Part shown: piece by piece, positions 17,946 to 27,542 of the stretch
Position numbering within the stretch: position 1 is the stretch's first letter
How the letters are laid out: every line of letters starts with the position of its first letter
From: an uncultured Candidatus Saccharibacteria bacterium
GTDB taxonomy: Bacteria; Patescibacteriota; Minisyncoccia; UBA6257; GWB1-50-10
Direction of reading: 5' to 3'
Assembly: GCA_964489845.1 (NCBI GenBank)
Contig: CAZAZV010000004.1
Span: 1-49,665, forward strand
Length of the DNA: 49,665 bases
Made by a program: the position numbers and the translations under genes
Notes under the pieces: generated by a model
The model's input: the letters and a program-made list of their open reading frames with translations, nothing else
Databases searched by the model: none
Told to the model about the DNA's origin: nothing

Positions 17946-18665
17946 CTATTTCTTGAAATCGTCCCGCGCGAGGCGGCGCGCGCCGACTCGGCGGTCGCTG
18001 TCTATGGTGCCGTCCAAAACGTGGATAATCCGCTCCGCGTGCTCCGCCGTGTACGTCTCGTGCGTCACGAGTATCACGGTGTGCCCCTGTTTTTCGTTCA
18101 GGTCCTGCAAAATCTCCATGACGGTCCGTCCGGCGGCGGTGTCGAGGTTCCCCGTCGGCTCGTCCGCGAAAATGATTTCCGGGTGATTCACGAGGGCCCG
18201 CGCGATGGCGACGCGCTGCCGCTCTCCGCCGGAGAGCTGCGCCGGCGTGTGGTCGAGGCGGTGTGAGAGACCAACGGCGTGTATCGCCTCGCGGGCGCGG
18301 TGCTCCCACTGCCGCTCCGGTACGTCCGAATACACGAGGGGAAGCATCACGTTTTCCAACACATCGCGGCGCGGGAGCAAATTAAACGCCTGGAACACAA
18401 ACCCCATCTTCTGGTTGCGGACATGGGCGATTTCCTCGTCGGTGTAGTCATCGAAGCTTTTCCCCTCAAAACGGTATGTCCCGCTCGTCGGCCGGTCGAG
18501 GAGCCCGAGGATGTGGAGGAGCGTCGACTTCCCGGAGCCGGACGGACCCGTGATGGCGACAAACTCACTTTTCTCGACGGCAAACGAAATGCCGCGCAGG
18601 GCGCGCGTCGCCACGTCATCGTCTTCGTATTCCTTCACGAGATGCTGTACCTCGATGAGCGCCAT
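17946..18665 (-). CDS. ABC transporter ATP-binding protein (LolD/MacB-like)
   Basis: [26 protein letters not shown]. Confidence 0.96.
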   Translation of the reverse strand: MALIEVQHLVKEYEDDDVATRALRGISFAVEKSEFVAITGPSGSGKSTLLHILGLLDRPTSGTYRFEGKSFDDYTDEEIAHVRNQKMGFVFQAFNLLPRRDVLENVMLPLVYSDVPERQWEHRAREAIHAVGLSHRLDHTPAQLSGGERQRVAIARALVNHPEIIFADEPTGNLDTAAGRTVMEILQDLNEKQGHTVILVTHETYTAEHAERIIHVLDGTIDSDRRVGARRLARDDFKK

Positions 18666-18669
18666 GGCG

Positions 18670-20223
18670 TCAGGGAGTGAGGATGGTTGCCACCTTGTCT
18701 CCCTCGTTCAGGCCCGATGTAATTTCCACGCTCCCGTCCGAACCGCGCAAACCGGTTACGACGGGGACCGTGGTGAGCGTCCCGTCGGGTCGGACGACCT
18801 GCACGGTACTTGATGTCGCCGTGCGGGTAACAGCGCGGTACGGCACTTCAATCACCTGGTCGTGCTCGGCGGTCAGGATGTACACGTTCGCCGTCATACC
18901 CGAGCGGATGCGCTCGTCCGGCTTCGTGAAATACAAGGTCGTCTCGTACGTCGGCACGCCCTCGATGACGGTTTCCGATGTGTCGACGCTTGCGACGGTC
19001 GCGGCGAAATCGACGCTGTCGCCGTACGCATCAAGCGTCACGCGCGCTGTCTCGCCCGCCTTCACGTTCGCGATGTCGACTTCCGCGATGTTCGCCTTGA
19101 TTTCGAATCCCTTGGTGCCCACGATGGTGATGAGCGGCGCATATGCGGCCACAACGTCTCCCCGTTTCACATCGACGCGCGTCACTGTTCCCGCGAAGGG
19201 GGCGGTGAGGATGGTGTTCTCGATTGCCGCATTCGCCGCATCGACGCCCGCCGCTGCCTTCTGCACCGCCGCTTCCTGCGCCTGCACCGCCGCGTCGGTC
19301 GGTCCCGCCTCCGTATTTTCAAGTTCGCGCTGCGCCTCCGTTACCGCAGCCGCTTTCAGCGCGATTTCCTGCCGCAACGCGTCGACGGACGAGAGCGCGG
19401 TCGACACATTCGTCCGCGCGGCGTCGATGGCAGTCCGGTACGTCGAGATTTCCGTATTCGACAGGTCACACCCGACGAGGAGCGTGTTGCTCACGTTGTT
19501 GAGAAACCCGCTTACCACGACGAGGTTATTCCACGACAGCGTGAGCGCCGCCGAAAGCTCGCTGTTCGTGCTCGACGCACTGAGCGCATTGACGCTCATG
19601 CCCCACTGGTACAGCGTGCTTTCGAGATTCTGCCGCGTCTGCTCCACGGTATTTTCAAGCGACGCATTGCAGGCGTTGTAGGTCAGACGGTACGAAGCGT
19701 CGAACATACCAACCGTCTCGGTCCGCACCGCATTGTCGCCCTGGGCGTACGCGTCGTGCACGGCCTGGACGACGCTCCCGTACGCGTTGTCGAGGTCCTG
19801 CTCCGCCTGAGCGAGCGCCGCTTGCTTCACCGCAATCGCCTGCGGCGTCGAGCCCTGCTCCACGTTCGCGAGATTCGCCTGCTCCACCGCGAGTGCCGCC
19901 TTCGCCTCGTCGAGCTTCGCGTACAAATCGCCGGGGTCGAGGCGCGCAAGTTCCTGTCCTCTAGAAACTGCATCGCCGACGGAAACCAACACCGAGCTCA
20001 CGGTCCCGCCTTCTTCAAACGCGGCGTCCGCGCCGGTGATCGGCGATATGGTTCCCGTCACGCTCACTTCCTGGATAATGTTACCCCGTTTCGCAACGCT
20101 CACCTCATAGCCGGGCTTCCCCTTCGGATGAAAAATGATGAGCGCGCCGACGACGAGCAGCACGACCGCGAGCATAATGAATCTCGGGCGCTTCCAAAAT
20201 GATTTCTTTTTATCGTTTTTCAT
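18670..20223 (-). CDS. efflux RND/MacA-like periplasmic adaptor subunit
   Basis: TM anchor, lipoyl-like VSVGD.V, long coiled coil, APFAGTV, GMTANV. Confidence 0.9.
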   Translation of the reverse strand: MKNDKKKSFWKRPRFIMLAVVLLVVGALIIFHPKGKPGYEVSVAKRGNIIQEVSVTGTISPITGADAAFEEGGTVSSVLVSVGDAVSRGQELARLDPGDLYAKLDEAKAALAVEQANLANVEQGSTPQAIAVKQAALAQAEQDLDNAYGSVVQAVHDAYAQGDNAVRTETVGMFDASYRLTYNACNASLENTVEQTRQNLESTLYQWGMSVNALSASSTNSELSAALTLSWNNLVVVSGFLNNVSNTLLVGCDLSNTEISTYRTAIDAARTNVSTALSSVDALRQEIALKAAAVTEAQRELENTEAGPTDAAVQAQEAAVQKAAAGVDAANAAIENTILTAPFAGTVTRVDVKRGDVVAAYAPLITIVGTKGFEIKANIAEVDIANVKAGETARVTLDAYGDSVDFAATVASVDTSETVIEGVPTYETTLYFTKPDERIRSGMTANVYILTAEHDQVIEVPYRAVTRTATSSTVQVVRPDGTLTTVPVVTGLRGSDGSVEITSGLNEGDKVATILTP

Positions 20224-21868
20224 GTCGTTCGATGCTTGTTTTGATAAATTCCGCGAAGAGCGGATGAGGCACGAGAGGGCGCGACGTGAACTCGGGGTGG
20301 AACTGTGTACCGAGGAAAAACGGGTGTTCCTGCTCCGGGAGTTCGGCGATTTCCATCAATCTCCCGTCGGGTGAAACGCCCGAGAAGACGAGTCCGTGTT
20401 CCTCGAATGTTCCGATGTACGCCGGATTGACTTCATATCGATGGCGATGGCGTTCGGAAACCGTTCCCGTCCCGTACGCGCGCGCGGCGCGCGTTCCCCG
20501 TTTCAGATTCGCCGGATATGCGCCGAGACGCATCGTCGCGCCGTACCGTCCGGCATGCATCGCCGCCTGCTGGTCGGGCATCAAATCTACAACAGGATAC
20601 TTCGTTTTCGCATCAACCTCAACCGTATTCGCTCCCGCGAGTCCGCATATGTCCCGCGCGAACTCGACGAGCATGAGCTGCATCCCGTAACACAAACCGA
20701 AATACGGGATACGATGCTCCCGCGCGTAGCGGATAGCCGCGATTTTCCCTTCGATACCGCGCGAGCCGAAGCCGCCCGGAACGATGACGCCGTCGTATGC
20801 ATCGAGCGTCAAGAGCGCGGCTTCATCCGTCTCGAAATCGTCCGCATTGATCCAGCGGATGTCAGGAACGCTCCCCGCGTGGTACGCGGCGCACCGGAGC
20901 GCCTCGATGACCGATACGTACGAATCGGCGAGCATGAATCCGCCGCTCTTAAAATACTTGCCGACGATGCCGATTGACACGCGCTGCGTGAGCGTGTGCG
21001 GTTTTGCCGCGAAGGTGCGCCACTCCGAGAGGTCTTGCAGGGTGGGGGTGAGATGCAATTTCGCAAGCAGCCGCTCGGTCAGTCCATCGTGTTCGAAATT
21101 GACCGGCACGTCGTAGATGCTTCCTGTGTCAGGCGCGGAGATCACGTCCCGTACATCGACGCCGCAGTTAAACGAGAGTTTCTGCTTCCGTTTCTCGTCA
21201 ATGAGAACGCTCGCACGGGCGACGATGATGTCGGGATGCAGCCCGGTGTAGTGCATGTCGCGGACCGCGTGCTGCGTCGGTTTCGTCTTCGGCTCGCTGT
21301 TGTCCGCGCTCGCGCTCGGGAGCAAACTCACCAAAACGACGATAACCCGCTCGGGAAGTTCCTGCCGCAGCATGCGGATTGCCTCGAGGAAGAGCACGTT
21401 CTGATACTCGCCGAGCGTCCCGCCGATTTCGGTAATCATCACGTCCGCGTGGTCCTGCTCCGCGGCGCGCTTGATGCGGGCGAGCACCTCGAAGGGGATG
21501 TCGGGCACGACTTCCACGCACTTGCCCCCGTACTCGAGTGCGCGCTCCTTGTTGATGACGGAAAGATACACGCTCCCCGTCGTCATATAGTTGCCCCCGC
21601 CGAGCGAGCGGCCGAGAAACCGCTCGTAGTTCCCCATGTCCATGTCGCACTCCGTCCCGTCGTCCAAAACGAAAACCTCACCGTGTTCGGTGGGGTTCAT
21701 GGTCCCCGCGTCGACATTGACGTAGGGGTCGATTTTCACGGCGGAAACGTTGAGGCCGCGGGAAGCGAGGATGCGGCCGATGGATGACGCGGCGATGCCC
21801 TTGCCGACTCCCGACATCACGCCGCCGACCACGAAAATGTATCTCGTTTCTCGCTTTGTCCCATTCAC
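20210..21868 (-). CDS. pyrG: CTP synthase
   Basis: GGVMSGVGKG, DPYVNVDAGTM, GLCYGMQ, RHRHRYE, QFHPEF; GTG start lies 7 nt after TATAAT. Confidence 0.97.
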   Translation of the reverse strand: MNGTKRETRYIFVVGGVMSGVGKGIAASSIGRILASRGLNVSAVKIDPYVNVDAGTMNPTEHGEVFVLDDGTECDMDMGNYERFLGRSLGGGNYMTTGSVYLSVINKERALEYGGKCVEVVPDIPFEVLARIKRAAEQDHADVMITEIGGTLGEYQNVLFLEAIRMLRQELPERVIVVLVSLLPSASADNSEPKTKPTQHAVRDMHYTGLHPDIIVARASVLIDEKRKQKLSFNCGVDVRDVISAPDTGSIYDVPVNFEHDGLTERLLAKLHLTPTLQDLSEWRTFAAKPHTLTQRVSIGIVGKYFKSGGFMLADSYVSVIEALRCAAYHAGSVPDIRWINADDFETDEAALLTLDAYDGVIVPGGFGSRGIEGKIAAIRYAREHRIPYFGLCYGMQLMLVEFARDICGLAGANTVEVDAKTKYPVVDLMPDQQAAMHAGRYGATMRLGAYPANLKRGTRAARAYGTGTVSERHRHRYEVNPAYIGTFEEHGLVFSGVSPDGRLMEIAELPEQEHPFFLGTQFHPEFTSRPLVPHPLFAEFIKTSIERHEKR

Positions 21869-21906
21869 GGAAGTGATTATACACCCGCTCGTGTTATGAT
21901 GAAAAC

Positions 21907-22818
21907 ATGCGGACGCCGGAACGTGACAAGCAGCTGACGCCCCTCTCAACCTTCGGCATCGGCGGCACCGCAGAGTACTTCCTGACGGTGGATAACGAGG
22001 CGGAATTGCTCCAGGCGCTCTCGTGGGCGGGGGAAAATTCCGTTCCCTATCGCGTCATCGGCAAAGCCACGAATATCGTCTTTCCCGCCCGTCTGCCGGG
22101 GCTCCTTATCCGGATGGAAGGGAGCGATGTGCAGGAAACGGGCAAGCGGACGCTCTTCGCGAGCGCGGGGACACTGCTCCAAACACTCGTCAACGCCGCA
22201 AACGAGCGCGGCTTCGCGGGACTCCACACGCTCGCAGGCATACCGGGGACCGTCGGCGGCGCGATTGTCGGCAACGCCGGCGCCTACGGCAAGGAGGTGA
22301 GTGACCACCTTGAAGCAGTGGCCGTCCTTGACGGGGTGGAGCGCCGGACGCTCAAAAAAAGCGAGTGCGGATTTTCGTACCGCGAGAGCCGGTTCAAACG
22401 CGAGCCATTCATCGTCGTCGGCGCGTATTTCAGGTTCGACAAGGGCAAGATGGAAGACCTCACCGCGGAAGGCGAGGGTATCAAACAGGAACGCGCGAAA
22501 AAGTACCCTGCCGGACTCAAGTGCCCGGGAAGCTTCTTTAAAAACATTCCCGTGCAGAACGTCCCGAAAGAACTTTTGAAAAACATCGACCAAACGAGAA
22601 TTAAGGGAGACAAAATCCCCGCCGGCTATCTCATCGAGGCGGTGGGCGCGAAGGGATTCTCGCTCGGAGATGTGTATGTTTCTGACTGGCACGGCAACCT
22701 CATCGTGAACAAGGGATTCGGCACCGCGGAGCACGTGCGGGAACTCGCGGACGAGATACGGAAGAGGGTACGCGATGCCTTCGGCATCGTGCTTGAAGAA
22801 GAGGTTCGCTACCTCTGA
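21907..22818 (+). CDS. murB: UDP-N-acetylenolpyruvoylglucosamine reductase
   Basis: STFGIGG, GIPGTVGGAIVGNAGAYG, YRES, GSFFKN, LEEEV. Confidence 0.95.
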   Translation: MRTPERDKQLTPLSTFGIGGTAEYFLTVDNEAELLQALSWAGENSVPYRVIGKATNIVFPARLPGLLIRMEGSDVQETGKRTLFASAGTLLQTLVNAANERGFAGLHTLAGIPGTVGGAIVGNAGAYGKEVSDHLEAVAVLDGVERRTLKKSECGFSYRESRFKREPFIVVGAYFRFDKGKMEDLTAEGEGIKQERAKKYPAGLKCPGSFFKNIPVQNVPKELLKNIDQTRIKGDKIPAGYLIEAVGAKGFSLGDVYVSDWHGNLIVNKGFGTAEHVRELADEIRKRVRDAFGIVLEEEVRYL

Positions 22819-22821
22819 ATG

Positions 22822-22848
22822 AAATATGGAAGCCAAGCTTCCATATTT
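22822..22848. terminator. hairpin between convergent genes (terminator or second REP type)
   Basis: AAATATGGAAGC-CAA-GCTTCCATATTT, perfect 12-bp arms. Confidence 0.6.
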
Positions 22849-22856
22849 ATTACTAT

Positions 22857-23249
22857 CTACTCGGTCGTCTTTCCGTCGAACTCTTCTTCGAAGACGTCCG
22901 CTTTCATCGCTTCCACGATGCCGTCCTTATGGTCCGGCGGCGAATAGACGGTGTAGAGCTTGAGCGCCTCCGTGCCGGTATTCACGACGTTGTGCCACGT
23001 CCCGGCGGGGACAACGACCGCCGAACCGTCCGCGAGCGCGTACTCCGTCTCTCCGTTGTTCAGAATCGCTTTCGCCGTTCCCGCTTCGATGCGGATGAAC
23101 TGGTCGAGGTGGTGCACTTCGTTCCCGATGTCTTCTCCCGGCGGGATACTCATCAGCACAAGCTGGCTCCACCGCGCCGTATAGAGCACGCGGCGAAAGT
23201 CGGTGTTCGCGAGCGTCGCCGCTTCGAGGTTGACGGAAAATCCCTTCAT
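22857..23249 (-). CDS. cupin domain protein
   Basis: QLVLMSI..GEDIG.EVH..DQF, VVPAGTWHN, LYTVYSPP.H. Confidence 0.9.
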   Translation of the reverse strand: MKGFSVNLEAATLANTDFRRVLYTARWSQLVLMSIPPGEDIGNEVHHLDQFIRIEAGTAKAILNNGETEYALADGSAVVVPAGTWHNVVNTGTEALKLYTVYSPPDHKDGIVEAMKADVFEEEFDGKTTE

Positions 23250-23267
23250 GCCTCCATGATACCACAG

Positions 23268-23669
23268 TTACCGAGTTCCGGTGTTTTGCGTGAGCTGGAT
23301 CGACTCGGCGGCAATGCTCCCGTCGCTCTGCGCCATTCCGACGACCGCGATCGAGTCGCCGACTTGCAGGTCGCTCGGGCTGCCGCTCACGGATTTGGTG
23401 ACCGGCGTGCTCGACGAGTAGAAAACGATTTTCGAACCGCCGCTCCGGAGCGAGACCGTCATAGTCGTCCCGTTCTCCGCGATGATGCTGCCCGCCGTGA
23501 TGCTCGAGCCGCTCACATTATTGCGGAATACGCCGCCCGCTCCCGCGCCGCTGCCAAAAAACTGACGGGAACTTCGGGCACTCCCCTTGCCAACGAGCAT
23601 GCCGCCGTAAAACGCGCCGACGACGACAACAAGAGCGATGATGATAAGCACGATGTGTTTCGCTTTCAT
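23268..23669 (-). CDS. single-TM protein with DUF5666-like OB domain
   Basis: AFYGGM, DLQVGD.I.V.G...DGSI.A..I. Confidence 0.8.
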   Translation of the reverse strand: MKAKHIVLIIIALVVVVGAFYGGMLVGKGSARSSRQFFGSGAGAGGVFRNNVSGSSITAGSIIAENGTTMTVSLRSGGSKIVFYSSSTPVTKSVSGSPSDLQVGDSIAVVGMAQSDGSIAAESIQLTQNTGTR

Positions 23670-23708
23670 GGCGATGATTGTGTTATGGGTAAACCGACCT
23701 TCTCTGCA

Positions 23709-24935
23709 TCATTCGTATCGCAATGCTTCAATGGGGTTCAGCGCCGCCGCGCGGCGGGCGGGATAGTATCCGAACACGATACCGATTAAGGCCGACACGC
23801 CAAACGCGAGGAGCACGGAAGAGGGGGAAATGGAGGTCGTGATGCCGCCGAATTTCGCGATAAGGAGCGAGAGCAGCCACCCAAGTGCGACGCCGACCAC
23901 GCCTCCGATGAACGTGAGCGCGGTTGCTTCCGAAAGGAACTGCATGCTGATGTCTTTGTTCTTGGCGCCGATCGCCTTGCGGAGACCGATTTCCCGCGTC
24001 CGCTCGGTCACCGTCGTGAGCATCATGTTCATGATGCCGATGCCGCCGACAAGGAGCGAAATGCTCGCGATTGCCGCGAGGAGCACGGTGAATGTATTGG
24101 TGACCGAGGACGCCGTCTGCACGATGTCCGCCTGGTTCAAGACCGAAAAGTCGGCCTTCGTCGGGTCGGAGATATTATGCCTCGTGAGGAGAAGGTTCGT
24201 CACGCTATTCTGCACTGCCGTCATGTGCGCCGCGCTGTCCGCTTCGATGCTGATGTCGCTCACGTACGTGCTACCCGAGAGATACCGCTGTGCGGTCAAG
24301 AGCGGCACGAAAATTATGTCGTCCTGACTCTGAAACCCGCTCCCGCCCTTCGCAACCGTGACGCCGATGACAGTGAACGCCATGCGGTTGATGCGTATCT
24401 CCTGCCCGATCGGGTCCGTACTCGAACCGAAGAGGTCGCCGGCCGTCGTGGGGCCGAGCACGGCGACGCGCGATGCGGCTTGCACGTCGCGGTCGGAGAT
24501 GAAAGAACCCTCCGCTATCGATTCGTTCCGCACTTGCGCGTACGATGCCGTTGTTCCGATGACCGACGTGTTGGTGTTCGTACCCTTCGCCGTCACCTGG
24601 TATCTGCCCGAGACGTCCGGCGCAACTGCCTGCACGTACTGAACCTGCGACGCGATCGCGTCAGCGTCGGCTTGCGTCAGCGTCTCCGCCGAGCCGCGCC
24701 CCAAGCGGACGCCTCCGCCTCCCACGTTCTGCTGGAAGCCGGGCATCACGATGATGAGATTCGAACCGATGCTCTCAATTGAGGATTGCACGCTCTGCTG
24801 CGCGCCCTGCCCGATGGATATCATGGCGACGACGGACCCGATGCCGATGACGATGCCGAGCATCGTGAGGCCCGACCGCACCTTGTTCATCGAGAGCGCC
24901 GAGTACGTTTCCTGCAATAAATCGGAAAATATCAT
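23709..24935 (-). CDS. MacB/FtsX-like ABC transporter permease
   Basis: RSGLTMLGIVIG, GGIGIMNMM, ERTREIGLRKAIGA, PIEALRYE. Confidence 0.95.
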   Translation of the reverse strand: MIFSDLLQETYSALSMNKVRSGLTMLGIVIGIGSVVAMISIGQGAQQSVQSSIESIGSNLIIVMPGFQQNVGGGGVRLGRGSAETLTQADADAIASQVQYVQAVAPDVSGRYQVTAKGTNTNTSVIGTTASYAQVRNESIAEGSFISDRDVQAASRVAVLGPTTAGDLFGSSTDPIGQEIRINRMAFTVIGVTVAKGGSGFQSQDDIIFVPLLTAQRYLSGSTYVSDISIEADSAAHMTAVQNSVTNLLLTRHNISDPTKADFSVLNQADIVQTASSVTNTFTVLLAAIASISLLVGGIGIMNMMLTTVTERTREIGLRKAIGAKNKDISMQFLSEATALTFIGGVVGVALGWLLSLLIAKFGGITTSISPSSVLLAFGVSALIGIVFGYYPARRAAALNPIEALRYE

Positions 24936-25645
24936 GAAGGAGTGTGTTTCACCATGCGCTGGGTATGATTGCGACCGTCGCTCACGATTTCTCCGTCCTT
25001 CAGGTGAATGATGCGTGCGGCGTGCTCGGCGACGTACGGCTCGTGCGTGATAAGCACGATGGTCCGGTGCCGCTCGAAATTGAGTTCTTGAAATGTCGCG
25101 AGCACGATTTCGCCCGTTTTCGTGTCAAGATTCCCCGTTGGCTCGTCGGCAAGGATGAGCGATGGGTTATTCACCAAGGCGCGCGCGATGGCAACTCGCT
25201 GCATCTGCCCGCCGGAAAGTTGGTTTGAAAGATGATAAAAGTGCGATTCGTCGAGCCCCGCCTCGCGCAGCGCTTCTCGTGCCTGGCGCTCCCGCTTTTC
25301 CTGCGGCACGCCGGCATAGACGAGCGGCAGGACGACGTTGCGCAGCACGGTTGTCCGCGGCAGAAGATTGAACGACTGGAACACGAACCCTATCTTGCTC
25401 TTCCGCACGTCGGCGAGCGTGTCGTCGGAAAGTTTCGACACGTCCTTGCCGTCGAGGAGGTACTTGCCATGTGTCGGCGTATCGAGGCACCCGAGGATGT
25501 GCATCAGGGTCGACTTCCCGGAGCCGGATGGCCCCATAATAGCGACAAACTCGCCATCCTTCACGGAGAACGAAACGTCCTGCAATGCCCTTGTTTCTAC
25601 GTCTCCGCTTCGATATATCTTGCTGACATGTTCTATGTCGATCAT
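24932..25645 (-). CDS. ABC transporter ATP-binding protein
   Basis: [26 protein letters not shown]; start taken at MIDIEHV. Confidence 0.96.
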   Translation of the reverse strand: MIDIEHVSKIYRSGDVETRALQDVSFSVKDGEFVAIMGPSGSGKSTLMHILGCLDTPTHGKYLLDGKDVSKLSDDTLADVRKSKIGFVFQSFNLLPRTTVLRNVVLPLVYAGVPQEKRERQAREALREAGLDESHFYHLSNQLSGGQMQRVAIARALVNNPSLILADEPTGNLDTKTGEIVLATFQELNFERHRTIVLITHEPYVAEHAARIIHLKDGEIVSDGRNHTQRMVKHTPS

Positions 25646-25652
25646 AACGTCC

Positions 25653-27392
25653 TTACCGCAGTATCCGGTATACCCCGCCTCCGCCGAAACCGCCCAGTCC
25701 TCCCGCGGTCCGCGCCGTCGTGCCGGCCGTACCCGAGTTCGTCGAGGTGATAACTTTGTCGCCTTCCTGCACACCGCTTGTAAGCTCCGTCATCGTGTCA
25801 TTCGACAGCCCGACTTGTACGGGCACCGTCTGCGGCGTACCCGCACTCGAGAGCGTTTCGACATACCAGCTATTCCCCTCCTCGTGCACCGCGGCATTCG
25901 GCACGAGAAGTACGTCTTGCGCCGAATTCGTGATGATGTCAGCCGACAAGCTCATGCTGGGCTTCACGCGCGGGTCCTGCGTGTCGAGCGCGATTTGCAC
26001 GCCGTACGTCACGACGCCCTGCGAAACGGTCCCGATGGGGTCGATCTCGCTCACGCGCCCCGTGAGCGGCACGTCGGGAAGCGCATCGAGCGTCACCGTC
26101 GCTTCCTGTCCCAGCTTCACGCTCGCAACGTCGACTTCATTGAGCGATATGTCGGCGAGGTTCCCGGTCGTCACGAGCGTCGCGATCGCGCCGCTCCCGA
26201 CGGTATCTCCCACCTTCACCGTCACGTTCGAGACGATGCCGTCGAACGGCGCGCGGATGTAGTGCTCGTCAAGCGCGGTCACGGCGTCCGTGAGCGCGTT
26301 CTTGTCTTGTTCCACCGCGAGCTGTTTCTGTTTCACGGAGAGTTCATTGGGCGATTGCAGGTTCTCAAGTGAGAGTTGCGCTTCCGCAGCGGAGCGCGCG
26401 TCGGCGGTCACCGCCTGTGCGTTGTCCACGAGCGTCTGCTCTGCGCCCGAGATGGTCGAAATTTCGCTGCTCAGCTGGGACGCGTATGTATTGAGAGACG
26501 TTTGGTATCCGCTTACGGTCGTGGGAATCGACGAACCGACTCCGGAACGGTAATCGATCCAGTAATTGATCATCGCGCTCTCGCTCTTCACGGCCTCCGA
26601 CATCTTTTGCGCCACCGCGAGCGTTTCCGCGAGGAGCGACTCGATCGTCGAGTGGTCTGAATCGGGGCCCGCCGCCTGGTATGCCGCGGCGCCGGTCGTG
26701 TATTCCGCGCGCGCCGCGGCATACGCCGCCTCCGCGGTGGAGACGAGCGTGCTGAACTCGAATGGATTGGTGAAGCCACCCATCGCCGCGAGCGCGGTCA
26801 CGTTCCAGTTCTTCGAGTCGAGCACGTAACCGTAGAGGATGTCGTGCAAATTGGTGATGAGGGTCGGGAACGTCGCGTACGCGCTCGCGATATCGCTCCA
26901 CGCATCGCCGTATCCCTGCGTGACGTTGGCTGCAGCGGTTTGCTGTGCCTCCTGCGCCTGCGCAAGGGCATTCTGCGCCTGGAGCAGCGTGAGCGCGGGC
27001 GGGTTCAAGAGTTGCTGCAGGTCAAGTTCCGCCGTCTCCAAAGTTGCGGAGGCGTTGCGGACGGCACGCTGCGCATCGGTGTCATCGAGCTTCACGAGGA
27101 GTGTTCCCGCCTTCACCGCATCGCCGTTCTTCGCGCCGACGTACACCACATCGCCCGAAACTTTCGGCGTGATACTCACCTGGTTCACTGCATCGATTTG
27201 TCCGCTCCCCGAGACGGAAACGGTAATGGTCCCCCGCTGTACCGTCGCCGTCGCATAAGACGGCGCATCGCTCTTCGCCGTGAGCGCTTTGATAAGTTCA
27301 TACCCGCCGATGACGACGGCGATAAGCACGAGCCCGATAACAAGCTTCTTCCGAAATAGTTTCTTCAGCGCCCGGACCGTTTTACCCAGCAT
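25653..27392 (-). CDS. efflux RND/MacA-like periplasmic adaptor subunit
   Basis: TM anchor, coiled coil, APFDG, VPNAAV, VGLSND. Confidence 0.9.
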   Translation of the reverse strand: MLGKTVRALKKLFRKKLVIGLVLIAVVIGGYELIKALTAKSDAPSYATATVQRGTITVSVSGSGQIDAVNQVSITPKVSGDVVYVGAKNGDAVKAGTLLVKLDDTDAQRAVRNASATLETAELDLQQLLNPPALTLLQAQNALAQAQEAQQTAAANVTQGYGDAWSDIASAYATFPTLITNLHDILYGYVLDSKNWNVTALAAMGGFTNPFEFSTLVSTAEAAYAAARAEYTTGAAAYQAAGPDSDHSTIESLLAETLAVAQKMSEAVKSESAMINYWIDYRSGVGSSIPTTVSGYQTSLNTYASQLSSEISTISGAEQTLVDNAQAVTADARSAAEAQLSLENLQSPNELSVKQKQLAVEQDKNALTDAVTALDEHYIRAPFDGIVSNVTVKVGDTVGSGAIATLVTTGNLADISLNEVDVASVKLGQEATVTLDALPDVPLTGRVSEIDPIGTVSQGVVTYGVQIALDTQDPRVKPSMSLSADIITNSAQDVLLVPNAAVHEEGNSWYVETLSSAGTPQTVPVQVGLSNDTMTELTSGVQEGDKVITSTNSGTAGTTARTAGGLGGFGGGGVYRILR

Positions 27393-27525
27393 GAGAAAGG
27401 TATGCTTCTAATACGGCAGCGCTATGTCCTTTCTTTCATGAGTTGGCGGTACCGGACGTAGGAGTAGACGATAACGTATAGCTACAATATAAAGAAAAGG
27501 ATAAGGTATCGCCTCGACATATCAT

Positions 27526-27537
27526 TTATTATAATAA
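27526..27537. promoter_or_regulatory. bidirectional -10 element
   Basis: TTATTATAATAA palindrome; TATAAT on each strand lies 7 nt from a start codon (27543 on +, 27520 on -). Confidence 0.6.
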
Positions 27538-27542
27538 CAAAG

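Noticed and set aside
18677-20202. Long plus-strand ORFs (334 and 446 aa) and similar shadow ORFs elsewhere
   Set aside because: Antisense to recognisable genes; expected in GC-rich DNA
16703-27392. Two MacAB-like cassettes as a recent duplication
   Set aside because: The proteins are clearly diverged paralogues, which is ordinary
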